NCBI RefSeq assembly: GCF_009914755.1
Contig: NC_060925.1
DNA from: the human T2T-CHM13v2.0 reference genome, Homo sapiens
Direction: 5' to 3' (one strand)
Length of the DNA stretch: 64,000 nucleotides
Below are positions 14,997 through 28,699 of the stretch, one piece after another. Position numbers and translations under genes: made by a program. The notes below the pieces were generated by a model. The model saw nothing but the letters and a program-made list of their open reading frames with translations, was not told the origin of the DNA and made no database searches. Position 1 is the first letter of the stretch. Each line of letters begins with the position of its first letter.

Positions 14997-15946
14997 GACT
15001 TCTTTCGAATTTGTTATACAAAGGAGCTGGTAAAATTTTTGGTTAAAAGTAGAAGGAGGGTTAGTATTCTGATTTAACATATTTTACAATGCTTCTTTTC
15101 TCATTTTATATCACCTTCTCCCTTTGCTTCTTACTGGGTAATGTATTTGTTCTTACCAGATGGATTTAATATGGCTATGAAAGAAATGCTTATTCACTAC
15201 CAGGGCACATGGCCACAGTAAGTCTTGATGTGCATATATAACCCACATGAATGCAAATGTGTAAGGTTGAGCCAGCAAAATCCCAGAAGGCAGCAAACAA
15301 GATTAGGCAGCAATCAGAGGGCAAATCATTTCTAGGCAATATCAGATTGTTTTTGATAACATTTGAACCAAAATTCTTTTCAAAAGGAAAATCCCAAGAA
15401 CAATAGAAATAGAAGAGATGAAGTTTGTAGAAAACTTCAAGTGAGCACTTAGGATATTGCATATTTTAAAAGTACGATTTTAAACCAAGAGACTATGTAT
15501 GTTCCAATCTTTCAATCATCTCTGATACCAGGAAAGTGTCATTTAACATGGACTGATCTAGGTGCAGACAAGAGGTGCAAGATCACAGCAGGTCAGTGAA
15601 AGACGCAGCATCAGGGCCACAGCCGGACTTAGACTTAAGAAGGACTTAAACCAGGACCGAGGCTCTGCCTCAGCCAGTTTCCCCACACATGAGTGAGAAG
15701 GGAATAGGAATTTTTAATGCCAGAGACATAGTGTTCTGATTCCTACATATTACTGGTTGCTGGAATAGATAAAAATTAGTTAGAAAATTAAATGTAGCAA
15801 ATTCCTTAGTTGGGTTCAGTCGCTTATTCTCAATGTTTTTGTGGTTTCATGAAATCCCTTTCACACACAATTAAAGACAGGTTCTTAAGAAAGATACACA
15901 ATTTAAAAGCACTATTCTGGTGGGTGGGCAGAGTGAACATCCTAGA

Positions 15947-16317
15947 TGTCTTAACCAACTCAGGCTGCTATAACAAAATACCATAGGCTAGTTGGTTTAA
16001 ATAACAGCCATTTGTTTCTGACAGTTCTGGGGGCTGTGAAGTCTGAGATCAGTGTGCCTGCATGGTCAGGTTCTGGTGAGGGGCTTCTTTTCTGATTTAC
16101 AGCTGCTTCCTTCTTGCTCCATCCTCACATCACAGAGAAAGAGCACTAGCTCTCTGGTTTCTTCTTATAAGGTCACTAATCCCATCAGTAGGACCCACCC
16201 TTATGGCCTTCTCTAAACCTAAGTACCTCCAAAGGCCCCACCTCCAAATACGATCACCTTGGGGATTAAGGCTCCAACATACAAATTCTGGGGGACACAA
16301 ACCTTCAGTCCATTACA
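15947..16317 (-). mobile_element. MLT1A0-like solo LTR
   Basis: CAGGCTGCTATAACAAAATACCATAG...GGGGACACAAACCTTCAGTCCATTACA. Confidence 0.85.
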
Positions 16318-16450
16318 CCAGGTAAGTAGCATTTCTCCTAGTGTAGTCAGAATAGAACCTACTCTCATTTGGGTGTGCCATCCCTCTTGCATACAGTAAA
16401 CCTCTTTTAAAAGATACAGTTGAAGTTGGTCATTTAAATCTGCTCTATAG

Positions 16451-16728
16451 GGCTGAGCTCAGTGGCTCATGCCTGTAATTCCAGCAACTTGGGAGGCCAA
16501 GGTGGGAGGATCACTTGAGGCCATAGTTTCAAAATCAGTCTGGGCAACACAGTGAGACCTTCGTCTCTACACAAATAAAAACATTAGTCACACAGGGTCA
16601 CGCACACCTGTAGTCCTAGCTACTTGGGAGGCTGAGGTGGGAGGATTGCTTGAGTTGAAGCGTTCGAGGCTACAGTGAGTGATGATTGTGCCATTGCACT
16701 CCAGCCTGGGCAAAATCCCATCTCTTGA

Positions 16729-16775
<47 letters not shown>
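16451..16775 (+). mobile_element. AluJ with (GAAA)n tail
   Basis: Diverged dimer; 15-bp TSD AAATCTGCT(C/G)TATAG. Confidence 0.9.
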
Positions 16776-16776
<1 letters not shown>

Positions 16777-16778
16777 AA
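16727..16778. repeat. (GAAA)13 tetranucleotide repeat
   Basis: 13 perfect units derived from the Alu tail. Confidence 0.95.
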
Positions 16779-19544
16779 TCTGCTGTATAGATGTATAGAT
16801 AAAAGTGAAATATTAAGTATTTTACTTTTGTTAGTATATTTTTAATTTTAAGCCAGATGATCTGCTTTATTTTATGCAAAAGCACAGATCAGTAAGTCAG
16901 ATAAAAATGCAGTTCTATGACAAGTTCATATAGGAACTTGAGGATTCATGTCCTTGAATCTTGGGATAAACAAAATCTCAGAAGAGGCAAAAGAATGACA
17001 CATAAGCCAGGTTAACTTACATTGTCCTCTGGCTTTCAATGTGGAAGCATTACCCTTGGATAGCTCTTGAATAATCTACTCTAAGCTTCATTTTTGCCAG
17101 CACAACTCTTTGTGGCTGCCTTGTTCTGTGGTCTCTTTGGTACTTTTGGCAGCTGTCTTCTATGGAGAACTGAGCACCAGAATAAAATGAAGGGCAAAGC
17201 CCTGCTTCCTGTCCTTCAACACCAGTATTTAAAGTTAATCTAGCATTCTTCATTTCAAATATGCAGTTCAAATATCACTCCCAACCCCCCCTGCCAACGC
17301 ACATCTCCCCAGCTCATATTTTCAAGGCCTTTCTGGATCTGCAAATATGTAAATCTTCAGAGATATGTGCTTAGTTCTCCAAAGCACATCAAGACTATTA
17401 AATAATAAGGCCCCAATAAAAATCTAGCTATGCTGACATTTAGATGACAAGCTGGTAAACAGTACATTATGTTGATTTTTATTTAGCTCCATATGATTCT
17501 GTAAAGACTTTTGTGTGCTTTGCGATACATTAATATTTGTACAAAAGAAAAGTACAATCTTTCCTTCCTTTCCCTACCCCCAATCCCTGGGCAAAAACAT
17601 TCTCTCTGAATATATGACTAGCTTACAGGAAATAGCATTTGTTGTAGATGCCATATCAATTCAGATGGTAGAAAAATTTATAAACATAATCCCAGGATAA
17701 TAGGTTGAATTTGTTATAAAACTTTTGAAGTTTGATTTTATTTGCAGCATGGACCTCAATAATAGATAGCTCTCAATCTGTTTATTCCCAGAAGTGATAC
17801 TGAAAGGTGAACAATTCTTAACTTTATTAAAATGTTTTTATTATAGATATATTTATATCATTATCAGTTGTTCTAAAGACAGTGAAAGAAAAAGATCTTA
17901 AGTCCAAGACCCAAGTTCTGCCTTTTTTTCTCCTGAACTATATTCTGTAAACCCCACAAGAGGCAAGACTATGACGGCATTTCTGCCTTTCTACTATCAT
18001 CATTCTGGCGAGGAGAACAGACAAAAATATGTGTGTTTAACTATAATGAAGGGTTATAGTTTGGATTGTCTTAGCATGGATCACAGGGAATAGAATGTAT
18101 AATGATCATATATCATGAGTAGCTCAGCAGAAGGCTTTCAAAATATAACAGATAAAATAAAAATGTATCCTAGAAGAGGAAAAAAATAGACTTAAGTAAA
18201 GGAAACAGAGGATAAAATACCTAACTGTTGAAAATGCTGTGAAATATTCTTATTTCATTTTCCTAAGTTTGTTAAATGCTTGGCTTTTGTACGTGAATTG
18301 GAAAATCTGTTCTCTACTTCCCCAGTCTCCTACTCTGCACCATCTTCACTCTGATCCTTTTCAAATCTTACAGACCTTCCTAGCCTAAAGAAGAGATAAT
18401 TACTCAAAAACATAAAAATGTGTTTATTATACATAATTCAAATATTCTGGGAAGTCAAGAATGTAGGACGTCTAAGCTTATAGTGTAATATGGTTTACAC
18501 AGAAGCGTACATTTAAATTTAGTAAAAGCTACCTACCAGCTGCCTCAAAGAAAACCAGATCTTTGAAAAAATAATAGAGAATGGTATCAAACTATATCTG
18601 ACTAGGCAAAAAAGAAAATCCATAAAAGCAATCAAAGAAATTTATGAAAGGAAAAATGAACAACAAAAGATAAGGAAGTTGATCATAGAAATCCTAGAAA
18701 TAAAAAATATTTTGAAAGGGGGATTTTATAATTAATTTGCCCTGTAGCAAATATTAGAGCTATGTGATAGATGTTTAAATACAACACACCATTTATTTGC
18801 AAAAAAACCAAATGCCTATGTATTGTACTCTAAAAGGCTTAGCATAACGAAAAGAAAAAACCAAAGATATATACATATTGTGCCTTGTAAGTTAAGGGAG
18901 GTCAAGTTCATTCTATATGCCTAAGGATATAAGTTTGTCATTAAGTTATAGTCCAAAGGGTTGAATATTAATGGTTGCTACCTTTCCTTAATGGGAGGAT
19001 TATTTTGAATGACATATATTTGTCAAATAATAAGGATCATTTAATTATATGTATGTCCTCCTAACTGCTTAACATTAAAGAGGTACGTGACCTAAATCAT
19101 AGTTTTGGTTAGATAACTTTGTACCTGAGGTTCCCTTCCTGTCCAATTACCAAGCAAGCTTTTCAAATGCACTGAAAGATTTAATTCATAAAGCCCTTAA
19201 GAGCCTTCTGGTAAAAGGTTGAAGCAGCACAAATAAGCTACTGATACATGACCGTGTTTCAGAAAATCATGCCAGGACTCTAAGCAAGTGTGCTTATTTA
19301 TCATTGTTGAATTGCTACAGTAAGGCAAAAAAAATTCCCGAGCAATATGAATATATTTATTATAAATATGTAGGAGAAAATGCAAATTACACTTTAGTAT
19401 CATAATATTAAGATGTTTATTTATAACTTTATGACATTAGAGAAAGCATTTGTTGCTCAGAAATCTTTGTCTATATATAACTACAGGTCTCTAATTTTAT
19501 GAGAGAAAGGTTACTTGCCTATATTTATTGGCATTTTGTCAGTT

Positions 19545-19791
19545 CCAAAGCTGCTTCCACATTTTTAGGTATTTATTATAGCAGCAATCCACTTCTCAGT
19601 ACCAATTTATTTCTCTTAGCTCAGGCTGCTATTAACAAACACCACAGACTGAATGGCTTAAACAACAGAAATTTATTTATCACAGTGCTGGAGGCTTGGA
19701 AATCAAAGATCAAGGTGCCAGCCAATCTGGTTCCTTATGAGGGCCCTCTTCCTGATTTCTAGATGAATGCCTTCTTGCTGTATTGTTATAT

Positions 19792-19827
<36 letters not shown>

Positions 19828-19990
19828 ATCCCTATTGTCTCTTCTTACAAGGGCACTAATCCCATTCCTGAGGTCACCACCCTTGTGATTTAATCACATC
19901 CCAAAGGCCTTTACCTCCAAGCACCATCACACTGAGGATTGGGGTTTCAACACGTATATTTTGGGGGACACAAACATTCAGTTTATAGCA
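19545..19990 (-). mobile_element. MLT1A-like LTR with a short MaLR-internal stub and an internal (GA)n
   Basis: LTR at about 19612-19990 ending GACACAAACATTCAGTTTATAGCA. The adjacent CCAAAGCTGCTTCCACATTTT...GTACCAATTT matches the start of MaLR internal sequence. Confidence 0.8.
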
Positions 19991-20375
19991 GAGATTCATC
20001 AAAATATAATGAAGCAGATAAAATATTCAACAATCCATTCATAGTGCCTGATTTATAAGTTTATTTCCACATGTATTTTAAAAATCATGCTTTATATAAA
20101 TGATAATTTAGTATTAGCGACTTTTTCCTTTTAAATTTCACCAAAAAATATTTGATTCATCTTTAACACCCATGTCTTTGTCATTACTAGGTTTCTTAGT
20201 CCAATTGTTCAGAGTATGTCAGTTTCAATTCTAAATTGTCTGAGATGCAAACTTTTTTGAATCCATTGATGAACTTCCATGGGAAATTCAATTCCAAACT
20301 TCCCATTTGTTATCTCCACAATGTAACTACTTCTTGCATTGCTTTAAAAATTGATCTTTAAAAGGATTGTTTACA

Positions 20376-20783
<408 letters not shown>

Positions 20784-21057
20784 TCAAATTAGCACGGTGA
20801 TCATTATATGCTGGTGTGTCTTCCCCCAAATATTAATTAACTCTTCTAGATAAAGGAATTGAGAGAAAACTCAGTAATTTAGGAGACATTCTTAGGACTC
20901 CAGAAGTACTCAGCAACCAGAGGACATTAGACATTTGACATAATTTTGAGGCAAATCTTGGATTTAGAACCAGTCTCAACTTCCATTATCCTTTTCCTCC
21001 ACCCATGGGATAGATACGGATTTCCTTTCACTCTCAGCTTGCTTCCTCACTCAGCAA

Positions 21058-21084
21058 AAACAAACAAACAAACAAACAAACAAA
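21058..21084. repeat. (AAAC)n repeat
   Basis: About 6 units. Confidence 0.85.
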
Positions 21085-21284
21085 ACACTGCACGGACAGA
21101 TGTACTTGAAAATGATTTTGGAGAAATACAGGAGAAAGAACTCTACACTCATAACCTAGACCTGGATTCCAACCTTGTCTTTGCCACCAAGTCACCAGGT
21201 AATTGTGACTAAGCTTTTTCATGTTTTTAGCACTCTGTTTCTCATCCGAAAATAGGAGACTGAACCAAATAAACTCTAATGTTC

Positions 21285-21935
21285 TTTTTTTATTATTATT
21301 ATACTTTAAGTTTTAGGGTACATGTGCACATTGTGCAGGTTAGTTACATATGTATACATGTGCCATGCTGGTGCGCTGCACCCACTAACTCGTCATCTAG
21401 CATTAGGTATATCTCCCAATGCTATCCCTCCCGCCTCCCCCCACCCCACAACAGTCCCCAGAGTGTGATGTTCCCCTTCCTGTGTCCATGTGTTCTCATT
21501 GTTCAATTCCCACCTATGAGTGAGAATATGCGGTGTTTGGTTTTTTGTTCTTGCGATAGTTTACTGAGAATGATGATTTCCAATTTCATCCATGTCCCTA
21601 CAAAGGACATGAACTCATCATTTTTTATGGCTGCATAGTGTTCCATGGTGTATATGTGCCACATTTTCTTAATCCAGTCTATCATTGTTGGACATTTGGG
21701 TTGGTTCCAAGTCTTTGCTATTGTGAGTAATGCCGCAATAAACATACGTGTGCATGTGTCTTTATAGCAGCATGATTTATAGTCCTTTGGGTATATACCC
21801 AGTAATGGGATGGCTGGGTCAAATGGTATTACCAGTTCTAGATCCCTGAGGAATCGCCACACTGACTTCCACAATGGCTTCCACAATGGTTGAACTAGTT
21901 TACAGTCCCACCAACAGTGTAAAAGTGTTCCTATT
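21285..21935 (-). mobile_element. Young 5'-truncated L1 (L1PA2/3-like)
   Basis: ORF 21503-21943 is the ORF2p C-terminus (HCWWDCKLVQPLWK...HRIFSLIGGN). The 3'UTR has GAG, not ACA, at the Ta diagnostic position. Confidence 0.95.
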
Positions 21936-23284
21936 CTTTGCAAAGTAAATGAATCATTATTATAATTCTATTTCAACAAAAGTATTAAATGATACTAATT
22001 CTTTTAAATTCTATGGTTGAATGTAATGAGTAATTAAATATGTTTCGCTAATTCTTCCTATTTCTACTTCTGCTACCTTAGGTTTTGGCTTTACAGCTCA
22101 GTTGCTTAACATGTTAACATCTATGTTTATCTCTAAAGTTTATCTCTAAAGTCTTTTTAAAGAATCAACTAAGCTTATTTTGGGTTAAAAAATGGCTATT
22201 GAGCTCATTCAGCATACTAGTATTTCAAAGCAACCAACAACTGCCATTTCCATTACCTACTTTTCATGTTAGGCTAAGAAGAGTAAAATTTACTGATGTT
22301 TTTCTAACCCCAGCTTCCCTACTGTGCACAATGAATAGTTAAGCAGAACATTTTCATTTCTAACTCTAGCCGTGAAGATTTCCCACCACTGTGACACAGA
22401 AGGATGCACACTTAAAGACAATACATTTATTTAGTGGATATGAACGTCTTTTGACTAGAAAAAGAAATAACAATCATCTGCAGTACTTTAAATAGCAAAC
22501 ATCTGTTTTTCCCAACATACTTCAAACACTTTGAATTTCCTGATTAGTTGTTATATGAGAACTGTATTTCTGAAAGACATAATGAGGCAGTTTAGAGATG
22601 AGCTTAAATGATCTTCAAAGCAAAGTGAAGAAAAATGCTCATGCTCTGGGTAAGGATGGTTAAGCCAGATCCACCATAACAGGAACAAATAAGAAATAAT
22701 TCTTTCAACTATTTGCATTTAAACTGAAAGTTCTATTAAGTATTGCAAGCAAAGGAGGATGATATAAATGAGCAAAGCATAGAGAAATGAAAATATAGCA
22801 CTATGGTCTTATATCATAGCAACAAAATCCATGATGCTATTAAAGCAATCTGTGCTTGACTAAGCTAAACATAAAAATATTTGAAGTAATGACATGAAGC
22901 ATTTTTGTGAGTATTACACAAGTGCATGCGTACATCATGAGGTAGGTTCAAGAAGTGTATGTACAAACACATTTATGGGCAATTGCTCCAGTCTGAAGGC
23001 TGCAAGTTTATTGTGGCCACATCAGCCCTTCCTCAGGAATTTGTAGCATAAAATGAAGAGGATCATCTATTTTTTCTCACAAAATTTTCTAAAAAGTGCA
23101 TTGTGTCAATATTTCCAGGTGACATTTGTTTTATTTTTAACCCATAATTTTTATCTGCTCCATGGTTTTAAAAATGTTTTTACTGAGAAGATAAATATCG
23201 CAAGTCAAATACCAAAGAATAACAACAACAAGGAAAAGAAATATAGACCCAATGAACAATGAAAGTTAAAGTGCTCTCACTATT

Positions 23285-23590
23285 TTTTAATCAAGCAAAT
23301 ATTTAGTGAGCATTTATTATATACCAGGTCTTGTACTAGGGGATGAGGATCTAGAAACAAAAGCTTTAAGGAACTCACAATCTACTCATGGATAAAAATA
23401 CACAAACAAGTAAACAAAAAATTCTCAACACAACCAGGGTAATAAATGGAGTGTATAATGCATAAAGCACTCGAAGAGCACAGACAAGAGGGGAACTGAT
23501 TCTGCCATGGAGTAACTGAGGCTGAGTTGAAGAGGGAACATGTGGACTTGACCTTCACATGTGAGTAAAAGACAGAAGAGGGCACTGAGG
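23285..23590 (-). mobile_element. L2 3' fragment
   Basis: CAAATATTTAGTGAGCATTTATTATATACCAGG...AGGAACTCACAATCTA. Confidence 0.65.
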
Positions 23591-23804
23591 ACACCATTTT
23601 TCAACTTGTATGAATAACAATAAAATTTTAAGAATCTGATACATTTATTTTTCTCAAGACCTTTCTTTAAACACCTATTGTTGCCCTATAGGTACTGATG
23701 GATTAATTTCCCAGAAATATTGTTAGGTTAAAAAAACACAATTATAGCATGTTATTATTTATATGAAAAAAGGGAGATTTTTATATATACATATATACAG
23801 TATA

Positions 23805-24089
23805 CAGTAGTCTTGCCTTATCCACAGTTTCGCTTTCCAAGGTTTCAGTTACTCTGGGTCAACTGTAGTTAGAAAATTGGCAAGTACAGTATAATAAGGT
23901 ATTTTGAGAGACAATGAGAGAGAGAGATTCCAGTAACTTTTTTTACAGTACATTGTTATAATTGTTGTATTTTATTATTAGTTACTGTTGTTAACCTCTT
24001 CTTGTGCTTAATTTATAAATCAAACTTCATCATAGGTATGTATGTATAGGAAAATGCATAGCATATGTTTCAAGCATCCACTGAGGGTC
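23805..24089. mobile_element. MER44A-like (TcMar-Tigger), one end lost
   Basis: CAGTAGTCTTGCCTTATCCACAGTTTCGCTTTCC...AGCATCCACTGAGGGTC. Confidence 0.78.
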
Positions 24090-24121
24090 GTGTGCATGCA
24101 TGCGTGTGTGTGTGTGTGTGT

Positions 24122-24428
24122 AGAGTATCCCTTATCCAAAATGCTTGAGACCACAAGTGTTTCAAATTTCAGATTTGGGAATATTTGCAATGTACATAAT
24201 GAGATATTTTGGGGGTGCAACCGAAGTCCAAACATGAAATTCATTTATGTTTCATATACACCTTATACATATAGCCTGAAGATAATTTTATACATATTTT
24301 AAATAATAAATGTAACCATCACATGAGGTCAGGAGTACAATTTTCTACTTGTGATGTCATGTCAGTGCTCAAAAAGTTTCAGATTTTGAAGCATTTTTTA
24401 TTTTAAATTTTCAGATAGTGATGTGCTC
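24122..24428. mobile_element. Tigger4b/MER46-like element flanked by (TG)n tracts
   Basis: GAGTATCCCTTATCCAAAATGCTTG...CTCAAAAAGTTTCAGATTTTG; (TG)n at about 24104-24121 and 24438-24467. Confidence 0.78.
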
Positions 24429-24434
24429 TCTCTC

Positions 24435-24470
<36 letters not shown>

Positions 24471-27184
24471 ATATTTTATATACATATAAAATATTATGTA
24501 TTTCATATATATGTATATATACATAAAACCTGCCAGAGATGAAACACTGCTCAGGAAAGTATTCCATATTCTGAATTAAGACACCTTGCTTCTATTCTTA
24601 CTGCTTTTTTTTTTTTTCTCATTTGGAATACTTTGTCCTTTTCCTGCAAAATACTCATCTTGCCCACCTTTCAAGGCTCAGTTCTAAAGCTTTCTCCTAC
24701 ATTAAATCTTATCTTTAAAATATAACTGGGCTGTCTCTTCTATGACTGAAAGTCCTATTTTGCTCTTCCAATCACAGTTTAGTAATTAACAGCTCTCCAA
24801 GGTTGTATGAGCTAGTTTTAACCCCCCAATTGTATTGCAAATGATATAGGTGGTATATAAGGTTAAGGAAGTAGACATGGTCTACTAACCTGGAGTTAGA
24901 ATCAATAAACAGCACACCAACATTATAATAACCTAGTTTAGGAAAACCAAGAGTGTTTAACAAATTCATAAATTCAGCACTTATATTATGTACAAGCATT
25001 GTATTATGTACAAACATTTTGGGGAGGAAGTTGATGGCAGTGGGATAGGAAATCAAACCTCTTCCAGAAAGAGATGGAGTTTCATTTCCTCTTTTATTGA
25101 ACAGTAGAAAATTAAATTATGGATAATCCATATGGAGAAGATGGCTTGTATGGTTGCAACTTTAGCTCCAAAATCTTAAAAAACAAGTGATATCAAATGC
25201 AAAACTGTAGAAGAACAGAATTTTCTCCACCTATTGTAAGGGATAAACTCGCCTATCTACAGAAAAGGAAACTATAAAATGCTAATACATATTACAATGG
25301 AGCATTTTCAGGAAGAAAACATTAAGAAATAAGGTACATGTAAATCAACTATGGTATGAACTTTTTTACTTTAAACTTTGAGTTAATGATATTTTCCTTC
25401 AGTTTTCACCATTGTTTCTAAGCTTTATTTTTTTTTTTTTACTGTCTGATAGTAAGCATCCTATGATGAATAAACAACAAATTACCAAAAACATGAGATT
25501 AGTAATGATTATGAGGAACACAACTTTGCCAACATGAAGAAATTGTTTCCTGAAGACATTCAGTAAATAAATAGAAGGAGACTTCAATCAGAAATAAACT
25601 CACAGTGTGATCTGAATTCAAAAGTCCAGAGAATGTAAACTGATGTCTATGCTGGTAAATCATGAAACACAATATCCTGAATACAGTTCAACAAGCAACT
25701 GAAATCTAAATGACAATATGATATGTGTTGGGAAGTTTAAATCTAATTTTATCATGTTTAGACTTAAAAAATATGCAGCTGTGAGGTTTGTCCTCACTTT
25801 TACAATTTGGGTTTATAAGGCTAGCAGTGAAAAGCTATTCCTTTTCTTCTAGACACTATATAGGAAATTTGGGTAAGCTCATACCAAGTAAAGAATCATG
25901 CTGGAGTGATGGCTTCAATTACCAAAATAGAGAGGCATCTCAAGTAACGCTTAGCTGACAGGTGCATACACTATTTATATCCTAATCCCTTATTTAACCA
26001 ACCCAACAAAATAATCATTACAAAACTAATATGTGAGTAGAAAAAGATCTAAATTAAATACCAATACCCAGATAAAATTTAATATATTTCCCCATTAATT
26101 CTTCCTCACAGGTCTAACTAGAAAATGACCTTGGTATGGAAATCCTGCATAGTCATTACATTAAGAAAGGCATGTTAGTGCGTAAAGAGGACTCTTCCAG
26201 TCTTTGCCTTTATGCCTCCTGATAAGCTCTTTCTTTGCCCAGGTTCTCTGCACTACTATTTAGATCTGGTAACCTGGCTCCACACTGTTAGTTTCTGAAG
26301 GACTGAGAAATCCCATAATGCGATGCTGCTACTAGGATCGTCCCTAGGGTCCTAGTTCACCATCTCCAGGCTGGTTACATGGTAGGTGGTGCCACGCCCC
26401 AGGGCCCCAGTCCACAGAAACTACCAGCTGCTTTCCATCCCTGCTGGCTTCCCAACCAAGCCTACCCACTGGTCTTCTGTCCATCTGAGCACAAACTGCC
26501 TTTAATTTTTTAATAGAAAAATAATCTATTTTCCCACTCTCTTGCCAAAAGAATGTACACTTAAATATATAGATTGATTGAGAGCAAATAAAAACAAATC
26601 CATTTAGCAGCAAGACAGCCTGGGCAGAACAATATTTGAAAAATATAGCTAATATATTCTTCTGACACAGGTATGTTGGTCTGACACAGGAATACGGTAA
26701 GACAGATAATATTAGTTTCTCTAAAAAGAGGAGATATGGGTCAGTTACAAACATTTTAGTTGTAACCACAGGAAAGGTGAAGGGTCAGGTGAATTTGGGT
26801 TGAATGAAATATCAAGATACTGTTATCTAAGAATAGGAGATAGAAAAAGAAACTGGACACCATGTATGGGCTACCTCCCCTATGCCCCCAGCTGCCAATT
26901 CATTAGGCAGCTGTGTTCTATGGCAACTACGACTTCTAAGAGCTTCTGGTGCTGCAGGTTCACTCTCTGGCATTATCTCCTGAAAGCAGGGTATTAGATG
27001 ATCATATGGCCCTCCTTAATTCCCTAACAAAGCTCCCTGGGAAAAAATAGTCTCAAATCCTCATCATGGCTTTCAAACCTCTCTACAATCCCACATGATC
27101 TATTCAGCTTCGTTGCCAAAGTGTCTTCCATCCTAGTCTCTGTTCAGCCCCTCTGGGGTACAATGGGATATACTATGCTCACGT

Positions 27185-27682
27185 GCTGTGATCCGCATGA
27201 AAAAGCTCCACCCTGGTTTCCTTTTAAGGAAAGACTGGCTGCCCAGCAGTGAGGAGTGTGGTATGCAGACAGCCTCCTGTCTCCAGACAATATCTGCCAG
27301 AGCCTCAGAGCCACTTGAAAATGGAGGGTGTGAGGAGAAAGAGGATCAAAAAACTACCTATTGGATACTATTCTTATTACCTGGGCGATGAAATAATCTG
27401 TACAGCAAACCCCTGTATCACACAGTTTATCTATATAACAACCTTCGCATGTACCCTTGAACCTAAAGGAAGAGTTAAAAATAAGTAAATAAAGATGTGG
27501 TCATTTCAGAGTTACTCTAGACTCCTCCCTGCTGGATAGCTGAGGCTTTGTTGGACCTAGCAGTTTGAAAACTTCCTCCCTCTTGCTTCCTTTCCCTTCT
27601 TTTCACAGACGCTGATCACTAGAAAAGAGCCTGCACCGCAGACTACATCTCAGCATCTGACCCCAAGAACCCAATCTGCAAC
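27185..27682 (+). mobile_element. LTR16-like ERVL LTR split by an L1 3' end
   Basis: GCAGACAGCCTCC...GCTGAGGCTTTGTTGG...CATCTCAGCATCTG...GAACCCAATCTGCAACA. Confidence 0.6.
27314..27493 (+). mobile_element. L1PA13-16-like 3' end
   Basis: GAGGATCAAAAAACTACCTATTGGATACTA...CATGTACCCTTGAACCTAAA followed by an A-rich tail. Confidence 0.85.
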
Positions 27683-28436
27683 ACATACCTCCATGAATCC
27701 AATTCTCTTTTCCATTCTTGTGTATCTGTTAAATCATTCTCCTCCTCCAGGGTCTAACTCAATGATACCTCCAAGAAACATTTCTTGATTTTTTTTTTTT
27801 AGTCAATAATAATTATTCATTTTACTCTGTTCCCCGAGTTATGCTTATACTTCTATTTAGCAAGTCATTCATTTTTAAATGTATTAACATTAGTGGTTGA
27901 AATTTTAAGTTTATTGGGAGCATAGTCTGTGTCTTATTCAATTCTGCATACTCCACTAGAATGAAGGAATAAACTAATGCACAATCTGGAATCCTCCTTA
28001 ACCTCTTTTTTCCTTTTCCATAAAAACTGAAATGAAATTCCGCCAATATTTCATCTCTGATATTTTACACATATGCCGAGGCCCCTTCACTTTTCAGCCA
28101 TATGTTTTATTTAGGCTCTAGTTTTTGGTCTAGCCAAGCAAATCTACTTTGTATGGTACATGCCTACTCCTATTTTTAAGCCATTGCAAGAGATAATATC
28201 TACCTCCTTTGCCAATATGATCCTTCCTTCAAAATACTGCCGAAGATTCTCCTACTACGTGAAGCATTCCAGGGTACTGTCACCCAGCTTCAGTCACCTC
28301 AAGATCTCCTGGTTCATGTAATTTAGGTATCTAATATATGCCCACAAATCATTGTTCTTCATCACTTTTAAGTACCAATTTTTATGTTCCCTTAAGTCTT
28401 TCCTACGCTAGAATAATATTCTGTGTGGCAAATGAA

Positions 28437-28485
<49 letters not shown>

Positions 28486-28550
28486 CATATACGTATATGC
28501 ATATATATACGTATATATGCATATATATACGTATATGCATATATATATAT
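28437..28550. repeat. Compound (TA)n(CA)n(TA/TG/CG) alternating purine-pyrimidine tract
   Basis: 114 bp of unbroken RY alternation. Confidence 0.92.
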
Positions 28551-28699
28551 TCTAGATTAATAATATATGAGGCTTCACTTCCCCATTCCCAAAATGTGTG
28601 CTGCATATTTTCTCTGCCCTCTCCAACACTCAACACTCCAGCCCTGGGCCTTCCACCACCACCACTGCCACCCCACCATCACCACTGCCACCACCCCCG

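Noticed and set aside
17021-17169. Possible minus-strand exon with an acceptor at 17170 and donors at 17053 or 17020
   Set aside because: No similarity to SLC44 protein sequence and no other support; indistinguishable from a pseudo-exon.
21503-21943. 146-aa ORF
   Set aside because: C-terminal fragment of L1 ORF2p in a truncated insertion, not a gene.
22125-22150. 13-bp tandem duplication (similar short ones at 47716-47741 and 53237-53263)
   Set aside because: Ordinary slippage events with no further structure.
26376-26402. CTCF-like TAGGTGGTGC and KLF-like CCACGCCCC
   Set aside because: The CTCF 5' half (CCAS) is missing, and a single short KLF motif is expected by chance.
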